In this document: piece after piece, positions 11,631 to 22,539 of the stretch
Numbering within the stretch: the first letter of the stretch is position 1
How the letters are laid out: each line of letters starts with the position of its first letter
From: Ascoidea asiatica JCM 7603
Taxonomy: Eukaryota; Fungi; Ascomycota
DNA: 64,000 nt
Direction of reading: 5' to 3'
Assembly (NCBI GenBank): GCA_001600695.1
Contig: BCKQ01000003.1
Span: 840,587 to 904,586, forward strand
Notes under the pieces: model-generated
Told to the model about the DNA's origin: nothing
The model's input: the letters and a program-made list of their open reading frames with translations, nothing else
Databases searched by the model: none
Made by a program: the position numbers and the translations under genes

Positions 11631-13015
11631 TTATGATTGTGGAGCATCTTTGAAAGAAATACAAGCTTCTTCACCCATTGCAGAAATAATAGTAACAACT
11701 AATTCTTTACCATCATCAAATTCAGCAGTTAATTTATCACCTAATTCACCTTCTGGTAATTTAACATCATCTTTAGTATCACCATCAGTATTCATTAAAC
11801 TTAAATAACCATCATCAATATCAATTAATTGAAATTCATTTCTTTTAACAACAGGAACTTCCATATTATGAGTTGAAGGAGATAAATCTTCTAATTTTTT
11901 ACCAGTAAAAATATCTAAAGCAACTAAATGAACTTTAGCATGACCATGTTTACCAGTTTTTGAAGTTGACATATCAACAATTTTACATGGTCTACTTTTA
12001 ATAACAACGAAACCATTTTTTCTTAATGATGAACATTGCATTGGGAAAGTTAATGAAGCACCAGCATTGGCGGTATCAAAATGATGCTAAAGAAAGTAAA
12101 CATTTAGTTAGTAAATCTAATTAATTTGAATATACTTTTTAATTTACAATTAATATTCTTTAATCATTCTTAACACTTAATATCAGGATGTTTGATTTAA
12201 TAAAACTTTTTTAATATATTATCTCATAAAAACTCTTAAAATGTGTTTCTTTAGTCTCATATATCTTATAAATCTCATAAATCTCATAAATCTCTTTTAA
12301 ACCTATTTTAAATCTTTCTTCTTAATCTGATTTCTCATGAAATCCGTGTAAACTGATAAAATATAAGAAATTCCGTGTGGATCCGGGATCATGGAAGTTT
12401 TTAATCAGATTTTAATATAAGGACAGATTTATAAAGAAAAAAAATTGAAAAAGGGCCCAAATTGAATGAATAATAATAAATAGAAATGATGTCGAGAATA
12501 TAATATTCAGTAATAAGTAATAATGATTTTAATAAATATTATATTTCTTTGAAGGATTTAGTTGATTTGATTTTCTGGGGTATATTATATGTTGAATTCG
12601 GTTAAGTGAATAATGATAGTAATAATATACATTAATGGATAATCTTGTTAATGCATATTATGATTACTGATAACCATTTTAATAGAGTTGAAAGTAGAAA
12701 CTCGAGATAAGATGAGATGAGGTGAGATGAAATTAGATGAGATAAGATGAGACGAAATAAATAAAATAATATATAATTTGATCAATTTTGATGGTTTCAT
12801 TAATTTGAAAAAAGTATTTGTTTTATTTAATTGAATATTTTAGTATTATATGAATAATTAAGAATAATAATCAAATAATGATATTCTTAGAAACTGATTA
12901 TTTATATGAATAAATAAGTGTAAATAATAAAATTAATAATAAAATTAATAATAAAATCAATAATAAAAATTGATTATCAAAATAAAGAAAAATAACATAC
13001 TTCTTCGTCAGACAT
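11631..13015 (-). CDS. HYP2: Translation factor eIF5A, 156 aa; exons 13015-13001 and 12086-11631
   Basis: Hypusine motif [12 protein letters not shown]. Exon 1 is ATG TCT GAC GAA GAA (MSDEE), then GTATGT. Exon 2 resumes [19 protein letters not shown], restoring the canonical N-terminus. Confidence 0.97.
12087..13000 (-). other. Spliceosomal intron (914 nt, phase 0) in eIF5A
   Basis: GTATGT at 13000, TACTAAC at 12113-12107, TTAG ending at 12087; the join is in frame. Confidence 0.95.
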
Positions 13016-13429
13016 TATGAAAGATTTATAGATGAATAAGAATTAAAGGAATTAATAAATAAAATTAATGAATATAGGCTAATTAAAGTCTTTCTTTTAT
13101 GTATATGTATATATATATAAATAAAAAATTAAAATATTAAATAATATAGTAAGTAAATATTATGAAATTTTTTTAATTTAAAAAGAACGATAAAATTAAG
13201 ATATATATATATAAAATTTTAAAGAGAAAAAAAATAAAAAAAAATACTAAAAGTTTTTACTTTGGGTTTCAAAAGGTCTATTAAAACGAAAGAGGCAAAT
13301 GAAATTAAGTAAATGCGCGAACGAAAAAAAAAAATAAAAAAAGGATAATTTTAGCTAGAAGAAATGAGAAAACAGGAGAAAAACTGAAGAAATTCAAAGG
13401 AAATACAAAGAATCGATAAAAGAAGAAGA

Positions 13430-13880
13430 GTTTGTGCAGTAAATGCTACGGTAACATTCTATGATTGTTGGTGGTTTAGGCACGAGACTTAACTGTAGAA
13501 ATAGGACTTCTTTGAAACAGATCTGTATTAGGACACCGTAAACTGAGTCACAGCAGCGTAATATGGAAACCGACACCTCTCGAGCGGGAATTTGGTTCGC
13601 AAGTGGGAAGCGAAAAGAGCGATGAGCTTCAAAAGACTTGTGGTCAGAAAGTGGACAAGCAGTGAAATCCAAAAAGAGGGTAACATTTAGGGAAAGCAGG
13701 AGTCGGTGTAATTTGCAGTGTCTTTGCATGACTGAGCAGCTACATTTGTTTTTGTTTTCAGGACCTTTCTTTTCGGGACTGCGCGGCTTGATTTTTATGT
13801 GTTCAAGAAGTTTTAAACAATTGTTTTTTTTTTTCGTTTTGACTGGATAGAGAGCTGTGATTGGTCAGATTCCCCTTTTA
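13430..13880 (-). promoter_or_regulatory. eIF5A upstream GC island with Gcn4-type and PAC-type motifs
   Basis: TGAGTCA at 13544-13550 and GCGATGAG(CT) at 13619-13626. Confidence 0.45.
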
Positions 13881-15053
13881 ATCGCTGAGTTTGTGAATAT
13901 ATAAAAATATATGTTTGTGTATATTTTATATTTAGTCTTTAATCTATAGTAATGACAATGAAAGTGATATGAAACTTTATAGAATTCCCTAAAGGATTAG
14001 ATATAAATTCATGATGTGAGAGTTAAAACAAAAAAATTATCACTTTATTTTTGAAATTAATCCTTTTTTCTCCACAGAGATGTTATTTTTTTATCTGATA
14101 GCCAGCCAGTAAAAGAAAGTGTAAGAGAATACAAAAAACAAACCGATTTTTCTTTAATCAAACTATCAGTTAGTCAGTGAAAATACTTTATCTGCACATA
14201 CGAACTTATAAAAAACATTGATTATCCAATGTTGATCGATGAGATGACAACTATTTTTGTGAAAAAAAAAAACTAAAATTTTTTATAAAAATACGTAATC
14301 GTTTTAATTAATTCAAAAATATCTTAAAAATCTCAAATTAAAAACAGAATCATCAGAAACCAAAAAGAACTCTTTGAAGTAAATTTTTTTAATTTTCGGA
14401 AAAAAAAAAGGTGTTTCAAAAATTTAAAAGATTTTTATATTTAAAAAAGGGTTAAATTTTATTTATTTATTTAGAAAGCTTTATAAATATACGGCTACTA
14501 AAATTATTTATCAATTCTTTTTTGGTAAATAAGATTCTTTTTATAAATAAAACATCAAAAATATAAAAAAAATAAAAATTGAATTGTACGATCTCAAATG
14601 AATCTTCAGAATTCACTGAGATTGTGATTCAATTGATTTTTAAGAGCTAAAAAGATCGAGATTTTGAGACTGAGATTGAGAAGGTAAGAATCAAGGGCCG
14701 GATAGCAGGGGGCTGGAATCGGTACTGCTGTAAATTTATGGATACGACTTAATAATAATCTTCTCTGTGAAGTTCATTGGCCCAAACAGGGAAGCCCTCT
14801 CGTAGCCGGACCCCTGGCGGTACGAAACCGTATGCCCTCATCGCTGTGAGCACGGACTGCAGCCCTCCAATTGGCTGGGTGCCCGCTGCGCTGCTCCCAC
14901 TCAAAATCCTTGTTTGTCTTTGTCTTGCACCAATTTTATTTTTAAAAAAAAAAAAAAAAAAACAGTCACATGACTGGTAACTTTTTTTATTATAATCCAC
15001 AGAACTGGAACTGTAATCGGATATGAATCCAGTTTTATGGGTCTTCAAAATAA

Positions 15054-16733
15054 TTATTGTCCATTAATATCTGAAATAAGTTTATTAAGACACTTGATCT
15101 TATCAATAATTCCAAATTCTGGATTAATTATATCATCATTTTCAATTAATTTCATTTTAATATCATTAACCAAAGTTAAATTATCTTCTTCATCATCATT
15201 TAATTCACTATCAACAGAATTTAATTCATAATCATTATTGTTCTTGAATTTTTCAATTTCTTCAATTTCTTCATCCATTTCTTTAATTTCCAAAAAATTT
15301 CTCCTTTTGATTAAATTCTCATTTCTTAAAATCTCTAGTTTTTTTTCAATATCTTTATGTTTTGATCTTAATTCAAAAATTTCTTTTCTTATTAAATTTT
15401 TCTTTCTAGAAATTTTTCTTAAATTTGATATTAAATCATTATTAATTAGATTATTATAATCATTTAATTTATTAAAATGCTTTATTAGATTTTTTTTATA
15501 ATTTTCAATCAAATTTATTTCAAATTCATTATTATTATTATTATTATCTGATTTTTTGGATCTTTTTTCTTCTTTTTCTTCTTTTTCTTCTTTTTCTTCT
15601 TCTTCCTCATCTTCTTCTATTCTTTCTTCTTGTAATTTTATCAAATATTCCTCTATAATCTGTGTAACTATGTCAATTGAATTAATCAGTGAGCCACTTG
15701 AATTTCCATTATATCTTTTATTTAATCTTTTCAATCTTATTTCAATTTTGTCTTCTTTATTTATATCATCTTTCTTACTTGACTGTTTCTTATCATTATT
15801 ATGAATTTCCTCTTCATTTTCATTATTTTCAAATTTTCGTTTTCCTCTATTAATTAGTTTTTTATCTATTCTTCTCTTTTTATTATTCAAAATTGATTTC
15901 TTTTGTCTATTCACATTCTGCTCTTTTCTTTTTCGTATTCTTTTACTTATTAATGAGCTTACATTTTTTTTGTCTTTTTGTTTTTCATCATCAACGCTTA
16001 TATCTTTAATTTTTCTTTTTTTTCTTGTCTCATTTCCTCCAATTAATGATCCGCTATCTAAAATTTCTATTTTAACATTATTTTCATTTTCTGTAATTTT
16101 ATTATTATTTGATACTGATTTATCTATTTCTTTTATTTTAGTTTTAGGTATTTTTTTACCACTAAGATTTTTAGAAATTGTTTTTTTTGAATTTAGTGTA
16201 TTATTTTTATTTATTCTTCCAGAATTTATTTTTGAAAGTAATCTTGGTGACCTTCTAAGAGTAATATCAGATCTTGCTTTTTCCTCTGAACTAGAAGAGT
16301 TTTTTGTTTCTATCTTGGGTGATTTCGATAATGATCTCGACCTTAATCTTGATCTTAACCTTGAACTTGATATTGAACTTGATCTAGATCTAGTTCTAGT
16401 AGTAGGTCCACCTACTCCACTTTCATTATCATCTGTAAAATCACCTAATCTCTTATTATTATCATTATTACTATCATTCTTTTTCGGCGTACTTATTGCC
16501 AATACAATATCTTGAAAATTTGTTTTTCGACTATAGTTTCAAAAAAAAAATAAAATGAAACAAAAACAAACCAATTGTCATTGTTTTTTTTTCAAATTAA
16601 TAAACTTGTTAGTTTCAATCAAAAACTCTTTTTAGCAATAAACTACACAATAAAACAATACTTACCCAGCTCCTCTTATTCTGGCTTCTCTTCTAGCAAC
16701 TCTATCTAAATCTAAAGGCAAAGATATTACCAT
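15054..16733 (-). CDS. AME1: Inner kinetochore protein Ame1/CENP-U, 514 aa; exons 16733-16666 and 16530-15054
   Basis: Exon 1 is MVISLPLDLDRVARREARIRGAG, carrying the R-x-R-G N-terminal motif of Ame1/CENP-U. Also INSIDIVTQII (CENP-U 'NAIDVL.Q' motif) and a C-terminal coiled coil ending GIIDKIKCLN. The ORF-track start is a TTG, which splicing resolves. Confidence 0.8.
16531..16665 (-). other. Spliceosomal intron (135 nt, phase 2) in AME1
   Basis: GTAAGT at 16665, AACTAAC at 16614-16608, TAG at 16533-16531; GG|T join is in frame. Confidence 0.85.
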
Positions 16734-16874
16734 ATTTATAATTGATTTTATTTTTCACTTCATATCTTTTCAATTAAATCATTTTTATTTCATCAAACCT
16801 ATTTTTAATTAAATATAAATAAAGGTAAACAGTTGAATAACGTTATTCCCACGATTTTGGCGTTGCCTTATAGG

Positions 16875-16923
16875 CGGGTAACCATGATTTCATATATAAA
16901 TTAATCTTCAAATATTTACGCGT
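16875..16923. promoter_or_regulatory. Reb1-type site and MCB element upstream of AME1
   Basis: CGGGTAA at 16875-16881 and ACGCGT at 16918-16923, 140-190 bp upstream of the ATG. Confidence 0.5.
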
Positions 16924-17202
16924 TGTGTAACATTAACTTAAATTGCTATATACAGTATGTTAATTTTAGTTATTGATAATTACAAACAATTTTAACAACG
17001 TTAGAAACATTTAATCATTAAATAAATTATCTCTTTGGAAAAATATATATATATATATATAGAAGTAGAAAATAATAGTTCTAAAAATAATGCCGAAAAC
17101 TAAATAAATATTAGAAAAATTAGAGAAATAAAGAATATAAAAAAAATATAAAAAAAAATATAAATATAAAATGTTTAAAAAATTATGAGAACATAAACCA
17201 TA

Positions 17203-20200
17203 CTATATATTATTGATTAAAATTAAATCATTATTTATTTCATCATTCGTTAGTCCTTTTAATCCAGGAGCTCTTTTTCTAGATAATGAAACTTCTTTTT
17301 CATTTTTTTCTTTTATGATTTTCACTAAAAATCCGTTTTTACTTACTCCTCTTTTTCTTCCTCTTGTTCTCTTTCTTCCAACTGGATTAAGTGAATCTGT
17401 TTCACTATTTTTATTTGTACTATTTCTAATATCGGATCCACTCTCATTACTATCACTATTATTGACACTAATGAAATTACTATTTCTAATTTCATTTTCA
17501 CCATTACTCAAAAATGAATTTAATTTCAAATCTTCTTTGGAATTATTGAGATTATGCTTTTCATCATAATATTTTTTATATGTGAGTTTTTTATTTTTAT
17601 CTCCAATTGCTTCATCAATTGCTAACCTTACACTCTCTTCAGTAATAAGAGGAGAAAACCCTTCAATCAATGAAATCATGGAATGTTTAGAATTGTTATC
17701 AAAAACTGAAAGGCCATTATTATCATAATTATTTGAAGTACTATAAGCCTTTTTTATTAAAAGTTCCTTTGTCTTCCTTCTTTTAGAACTATTTTCAATC
17801 GCATTTGTCTCATGATTTTCTTTTTCATTGCTTAAATTGTCATCTTTTTTATTTTCCTCATCATCACTTTCATTTCCTGCAATTATATCTCTAATAGATT
17901 CATCTATCTTTTCCAGAAATTCATCAGTTTCATTAAATCCATATAATAAATTATTTGATAATTTTGAATTTACATCAAATAGTTCCTTATTATTATTAGC
18001 TTTTAATTTGGTTTTTTGATTTTCAAGATAATTTTTTAAATTTTCTAACTTATTTTGTAAATGCAAATAAATCTTTTCATAAATGTTGAAATTATCTTTT
18101 AAAAAAATTTTCAAATTTAAATTCAATCTATAAAAATCCCATAATTTTAATCTCACTAATTCGAAATCTCTCTCTTCTCTTATATCTTTCTCATTATCGA
18201 TTAGTTCATTTAATTTCTCAACATCACAATTTGAGGGATTCAATAATTCTTCATTACTAAGGATATCTGAAATTGATAAATTTGGAGGTAATAAAAATAA
18301 AGATTTCAACAAATTTTCTTTTTCTTCAATTTCTTTTTCTAAAATTAAATTCTTATTTGATTCAGTGAAATTATCTAACTTACTATAATTTTTGTAAAGA
18401 GATTGTGCTCTTCTTTTTCTATTACTGTTTGAAACTATTGCAGTTATTTCGTTATTTCCTTTTGATATTAACTTTGAAGGATCTGTAATTATCGATAAAT
18501 TTTCTGTTTTATTTGCATTATCTTCATTACTAAGAGATTTATCATCAATATTAAATTCATCATTATGAACTTCGAAGTTAGGATACATAGCATTTTTAGA
18601 AAAGATTTCCGTTATACTCCCATCTTTATCTTTATCATTTCGATCTTTAAAGCTTTTTATTTCTTCAATAACTTCTAAGTTCTTCTGAATAGTTGAGTTT
18701 TTTACTCTTTTTTTTTTTTTTTCCTTTTCTTTTACATTTTCATTTTTTGAAACTCTGGAATTCCGATGAGACAACTCCTTTTTTGTAACATTTAACCAAC
18801 TTTTTGGGGGAGTGGGTTCGGTTTTTAAAAATTCTTCAACTTCCTCCGGTTCAATAATATTTAGTGGGCCTAATTCATCATCTTCTTCAATCAAAATATC
18901 ATTCTCATCATCAACTTTTGTAATTGAACTATTTTTAGTATTGCTAATTGAATTCTGCTTTTTCTTTTCAATTAAGTTACGCTTCGAATCATTATAGATC
19001 GTGAACAAAATTCCAACAGCTGATGAAATTTCCTCATCGCATATCATTGGCTCACTGGTCAAATTAGAGTGCCTTATTCCATTTGATTCCTTAGCAACAA
19101 CAAGCTCTGTAGCTTTCAATAAATTATCAAAATTACTATTATTATTATTTGGATTTAAGTTAGCTCTTGAAATGTTTTCTTTTTGTACATTATCAAATTT
19201 AAGTAAACTCTCATTTTGATTTGAACTTTTTGGTATTTCATTTGTAATGCTAAAAAAGTCATCTTTGATACTTTGATCGATATTGATCGCCTTCAATTTC
19301 TTGCTTTTATCAAAATTTTCATTTTGAACAACAGGTGAAGAAGTAAATTTGAGATTTTCCTTGGGTTTTTTTTCAACAATATCCTGAATATATGAATTAC
19401 TTTTGACAGAATTACTGTTATTTTTAACTTTTTTGGCTTTTCTTTCTTTCTTATCTTTTTTAACCTTTTTGACTTTTTTATCATTCTTCTCTTTTATTTC
19501 ATTTTTTTCATATTTTTCTTTTAAATTGAATACAGGCTCATTGAAGCCTTTAGTTTGCTCGGAGGTACTAGAAATTTCACTTTTTTTTGTTGAGTTCAAA
19601 TTTGAAGACTCTTTGTTAGTTAATGGAGAGTTCAAAATATTGTTTATTTTTAAATTATCATTCTTAATTGTTGTAGAAGAGATAAATTTGATTTCATTAT
19701 AATGAGAACTTTCACTGGATTTGCTTGAAGATGGAATCATTTCAGAATTTAAGAAAGAGTTTGAATTTGTATTTGAATTAAAAGGAGTATTAGATATTAT
19801 ATTATAAATCGAATTCGGCTTTGATTTGTTATTTGGATAAAGTGGAGTGGAAATTGGATTTAAAAGTGACATCATATCAGTTTTTCTTCGTTGAGGAAGA
19901 TTAGTATCTTTTTTATTTGAAGTTTCCAAAGATTTTTGAGTAGAAAATTTGGAGTTATTTAATTTTCCTATTTCATTCAAAGAATTGTTTAAAATTGATG
20001 GATAACCAGCAGTTTTATTGATTGGAATTGTATTCAAATGTTTAGTAGAAGAATCTTTAAAACTATTGTTGTAAGGACTGTAAAATGATTGAGGAGTTTG
20101 CAGTTGATTTGCCATATTATTCTGAGATGAATTGATTACTGTATTCACTTGTTTATCAGATGGGTTTGATGTTTGAATATATTGATTATGATATGGACCT

Positions 20201-22539
20201 TGAATTTCTTTTACATTTGGAATCATACTTTGAACTTTAGCTTGAGTCTGAGATTGTTTTGGGATCTGATGAGATTTTTCATTTGAAGTGAGAATAGAAT
20301 TGGAAGCAGGTATTGAATTGGAATAAGAATTGAAATTGAAGCCATTAGAATATAAATAGCTTTCTTTATTATCATTGTTACTCTTCCTATTATTATAATA
20401 GGGTATATTTTTATCATCAAAATCATTATTAAGTATATTATTGATTTTGTTTGTTCGATGAATAGGCATTGTTATTGATTTATTTGGATTTGGATTTGGA
20501 TTTAAAATCTGGGATTGATTTAAGGTATGAGGAAGTGTCTGAACTTGAGAATGAGGACGAGGCTGGCCATGAGATTGAGGATGAGATTGAGATGGAGCCA
20601 GATATTTGAAAGATTCAGTTAATGGAAAAGTTATAGGCTGAGTTGGAGGAGGAGGAATTGGATAGACAGATGATTTTGGTGGTGATTTTATTGGATGGTT
20701 ATAATAAGAGTTTCCAATTGTAGAAACATTATTTTTATTAATTTTTGTTGAAAGTGAAGGTGGAGTACCTCTAGCTATTTGAAAGTTAATTTCTGGAGAT
20801 CTTTGGAAATAATATTGAGATTGAGATTGAGACTGAGGCTGACCAGAGTTACTTGAAATTAAATGAGAATTAGTTTGACTTGGATTTATAATTGAATTAT
20901 GGCCCTGGTTTTGATTTGTAATTGTTATATTTGAGGGAGTATTATTATGACTTTGAATATTTGAGGGTGGGAATCTTTTGGGATATGAATAAACGGGACT
21001 TTCCGAAGAAATAACGGGAACAGTGGGAACATTGGGAATAGCGGGGCTAATGTGGTTGGGCTGAACGGTGGAATTATAGTTTAGAGGTGCAGCTGAGCTA
21101 AAACTAAGATTAGTGCCTGGAGATGCAGATGGACCGTTTTCAATTCCAATTTTTCTGTTTAAAATTGTTCTTGAGATTCTGGTTTGCTGAGAGTCCATTG
21201 GCATTAAAGACTGGGATTGAGATTGAGATTGAGATTGTAAAGGAAATAAAAATGGAGAATTAAACTGATCATTTATATTTTGATTGGAATTAAGCAAATT
21301 ATTGGAATTTATTGGATTAACTTTCATATTGCTCATATCATTTGTTTTTGATCTTGATTTTGGTTTAGGTTTTGATTTTGATCTTACTTTAGTTTTTGGT
21401 TTAGTCTTATTTAGAATCTTAGTTGAAGAATTTTTTATAGAAGAAAAATTAGTACTTGGATTGAAATCAGGATTAGGGAATGTAGATGGAAGTGGATTAC
21501 TATTAACAAGCTGATTTACAATTTGAGTTTGATTTGGAATTAATTTGGAATTTGTAATAGGATTTGTAATAGGATTTGAATTAGAGCCAAAACTAGGATT
21601 GATATTTTGATTTTGATTTTTATTTTTACTTTTATTACTATTATTAATATTATTAACATTATTATTAATGAATTCATTTGAATTTGGATTTAAATTCAAG
21701 TTTGAATTAGGATTGGGATTTGGATTTGGAAGTATATTAGAGTTAGGATTAGAATTAAACCAATATTTATTATTATATTGAGAACTTGCTGGATATTGAT
21801 TTTGATTAATATTTTGGTTAACATTTTGATTACTATAATTCAGATTATTGATATTTTGATTTTGGGATTGTAATGAATTAAACCTTTGATCATTACTGTT
21901 ATTATTATTTGAATTATTATTGGAATTAAGAATATTTGATTGATAATTGGTTTGAGGATTTGAATTATAAGTATTTAAATTTGATGAGTTTAAATCTGAA
22001 TTTGGTTGAGTATAGTTAAATGAATTATAGTTATTATTATTACTACTATTAGTATTATTATTGGTAGTAATAGCAGTAGTAGTTATAGTATTATTATTAC
22101 TATTATTATGGACAATACGCTGAAGATTATGTTGAGGCTGATTTTTAGAAGAAGTAGAAGTTGCAACAGGTAAAGAATAGTTGAAATATTCTTGATTTTG
22201 TTGTCCTTGACTATAGTTGATTATATTAGTATTGTTATTATATGGTATAATATTTTGATTTTGATTATTAATCTGATTATTAAGTAATGAGGGTTGATTA
22301 ATTTGTTGATTAATTTGCTGATTATTTTGATGAATAATTGGTTGATTATTATTGAATTGATTAATTAAATTAATTTGATTATTATTTTGATTATTATTTT
22401 GTTTTATATTATTATTTAAAGAATTAAATTGATTATTAATATTATTATTTATATTGTTATTAATAATATTTGAATCTTTAGTTTGCCTCTTACGTTTTGA
22501 AGAAGATAAATTATTATTTCTTGATCTTTTAGGAGGCAT
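17203..22539 (-). CDS. Sds3-family (Rpd3L/Sin3 HDAC subunit-like) protein with a very long Asn/Gln/Ser/Pro-rich N-terminal extension, 1778 aa
   Basis: The C-terminal ~400 aa contain EERDFELVRLKLWDFY (Sds3: EERDLELVRLRLFEEY), KELFDVN (LLMDVAN) and SRKRAPGLKGLTNDEINNDLILI (STKTAPPLQSLKPDEVTEDISLI). Confidence 0.75.
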   Translation of the reverse strand: MPPKRSRNNNLSSSKRKRQTKDSNIINNNINNNINNQFNSLNNNIKQNNNQNNNQINLINQFNNNQPIIHQNNQQINQQINQPSLLNNQINNQNQNIIPYNNNTNIINYSQGQQNQEYFNYSLPVATSTSSKNQPQHNLQRIVHNNSNNNTITTTAITTNNNTNSSNNNNYNSFNYTQPNSDLNSSNLNTYNSNPQTNYQSNILNSNNNSNNNNSNDQRFNSLQSQNQNINNLNYSNQNVNQNINQNQYPASSQYNNKYWFNSNPNSNILPNPNPNPNSNLNLNPNSNEFINNNVNNINNSNKSKNKNQNQNINPSFGSNSNPITNPITNSKLIPNQTQIVNQLVNSNPLPSTFPNPDFNPSTNFSSIKNSSTKILNKTKPKTKVRSKSKPKPKSRSKTNDMSNMKVNPINSNNLLNSNQNINDQFNSPFLFPLQSQSQSQSQSLMPMDSQQTRISRTILNRKIGIENGPSASPGTNLSFSSAAPLNYNSTVQPNHISPAIPNVPTVPVISSESPVYSYPKRFPPSNIQSHNNTPSNITITNQNQGHNSIINPSQTNSHLISSNSGQPQSQSQSQYYFQRSPEINFQIARGTPPSLSTKINKNNVSTIGNSYYNHPIKSPPKSSVYPIPPPPTQPITFPLTESFKYLAPSQSHPQSHGQPRPHSQVQTLPHTLNQSQILNPNPNPNKSITMPIHRTNKINNILNNDFDDKNIPYYNNRKSNNDNKESYLYSNGFNFNSYSNSIPASNSILTSNEKSHQIPKQSQTQAKVQSMIPNVKEIQGPYHNQYIQTSNPSDKQVNTVINSSQNNMANQLQTPQSFYSPYNNSFKDSSTKHLNTIPINKTAGYPSILNNSLNEIGKLNNSKFSTQKSLETSNKKDTNLPQRRKTDMMSLLNPISTPLYPNNKSKPNSIYNIISNTPFNSNTNSNSFLNSEMIPSSSKSSESSHYNEIKFISSTTIKNDNLKINNILNSPLTNKESSNLNSTKKSEISSTSEQTKGFNEPVFNLKEKYEKNEIKEKNDKKVKKVKKDKKERKAKKVKNNSNSVKSNSYIQDIVEKKPKENLKFTSSPVVQNENFDKSKKLKAINIDQSIKDDFFSITNEIPKSSNQNESLLKFDNVQKENISRANLNPNNNNSNFDNLLKATELVVAKESNGIRHSNLTSEPMICDEEISSAVGILFTIYNDSKRNLIEKKKQNSISNTKNSSITKVDDENDILIEEDDELGPLNIIEPEEVEEFLKTEPTPPKSWLNVTKKELSHRNSRVSKNENVKEKEKKKKRVKNSTIQKNLEVIEEIKSFKDRNDKDKDGSITEIFSKNAMYPNFEVHNDEFNIDDKSLSNEDNANKTENLSIITDPSKLISKGNNEITAIVSNSNRKRRAQSLYKNYSKLDNFTESNKNLILEKEIEEKENLLKSLFLLPPNLSISDILSNEELLNPSNCDVEKLNELIDNEKDIREERDFELVRLKLWDFYRLNLNLKIFLKDNFNIYEKIYLHLQNKLENLKNYLENQKTKLKANNNKELFDVNSKLSNNLLYGFNETDEFLEKIDESIRDIIAGNESDDEENKKDDNLSNEKENHETNAIENSSKRRKTKELLIKKAYSTSNNYDNNGLSVFDNNSKHSMISLIEGFSPLITEESVRLAIDEAIGDKNKKLTYKKYYDEKHNLNNSKEDLKLNSFLSNGENEIRNSNFISVNNSDSNESGSDIRNSTNKNSETDSLNPVGRKRTRGRKRGVSKNGFLVKIIKEKNEKEVSLSRKRAPGLKGLTNDEINNDLILINNI

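Noticed and set aside
14163-14201. Minus-strand GTATGT...GACTAAC...TAG mini-intron giving a 40-aa ORF (MFFISSLIKEK...)
   Set aside because: Only 39 nt long with ~31 nt from donor to branch point. The codons lack the host A/T-ending bias and the peptide is unrecognisable, so it is probably chance.
15037-21514. Many antisense or overlapping short ORFs (e.g. 15970-16515, 17213-17569, 19403-19702)
   Set aside because: These are shadow ORFs of low-complexity coding sequence with F/L/S/I-rich composition and no independent signals.
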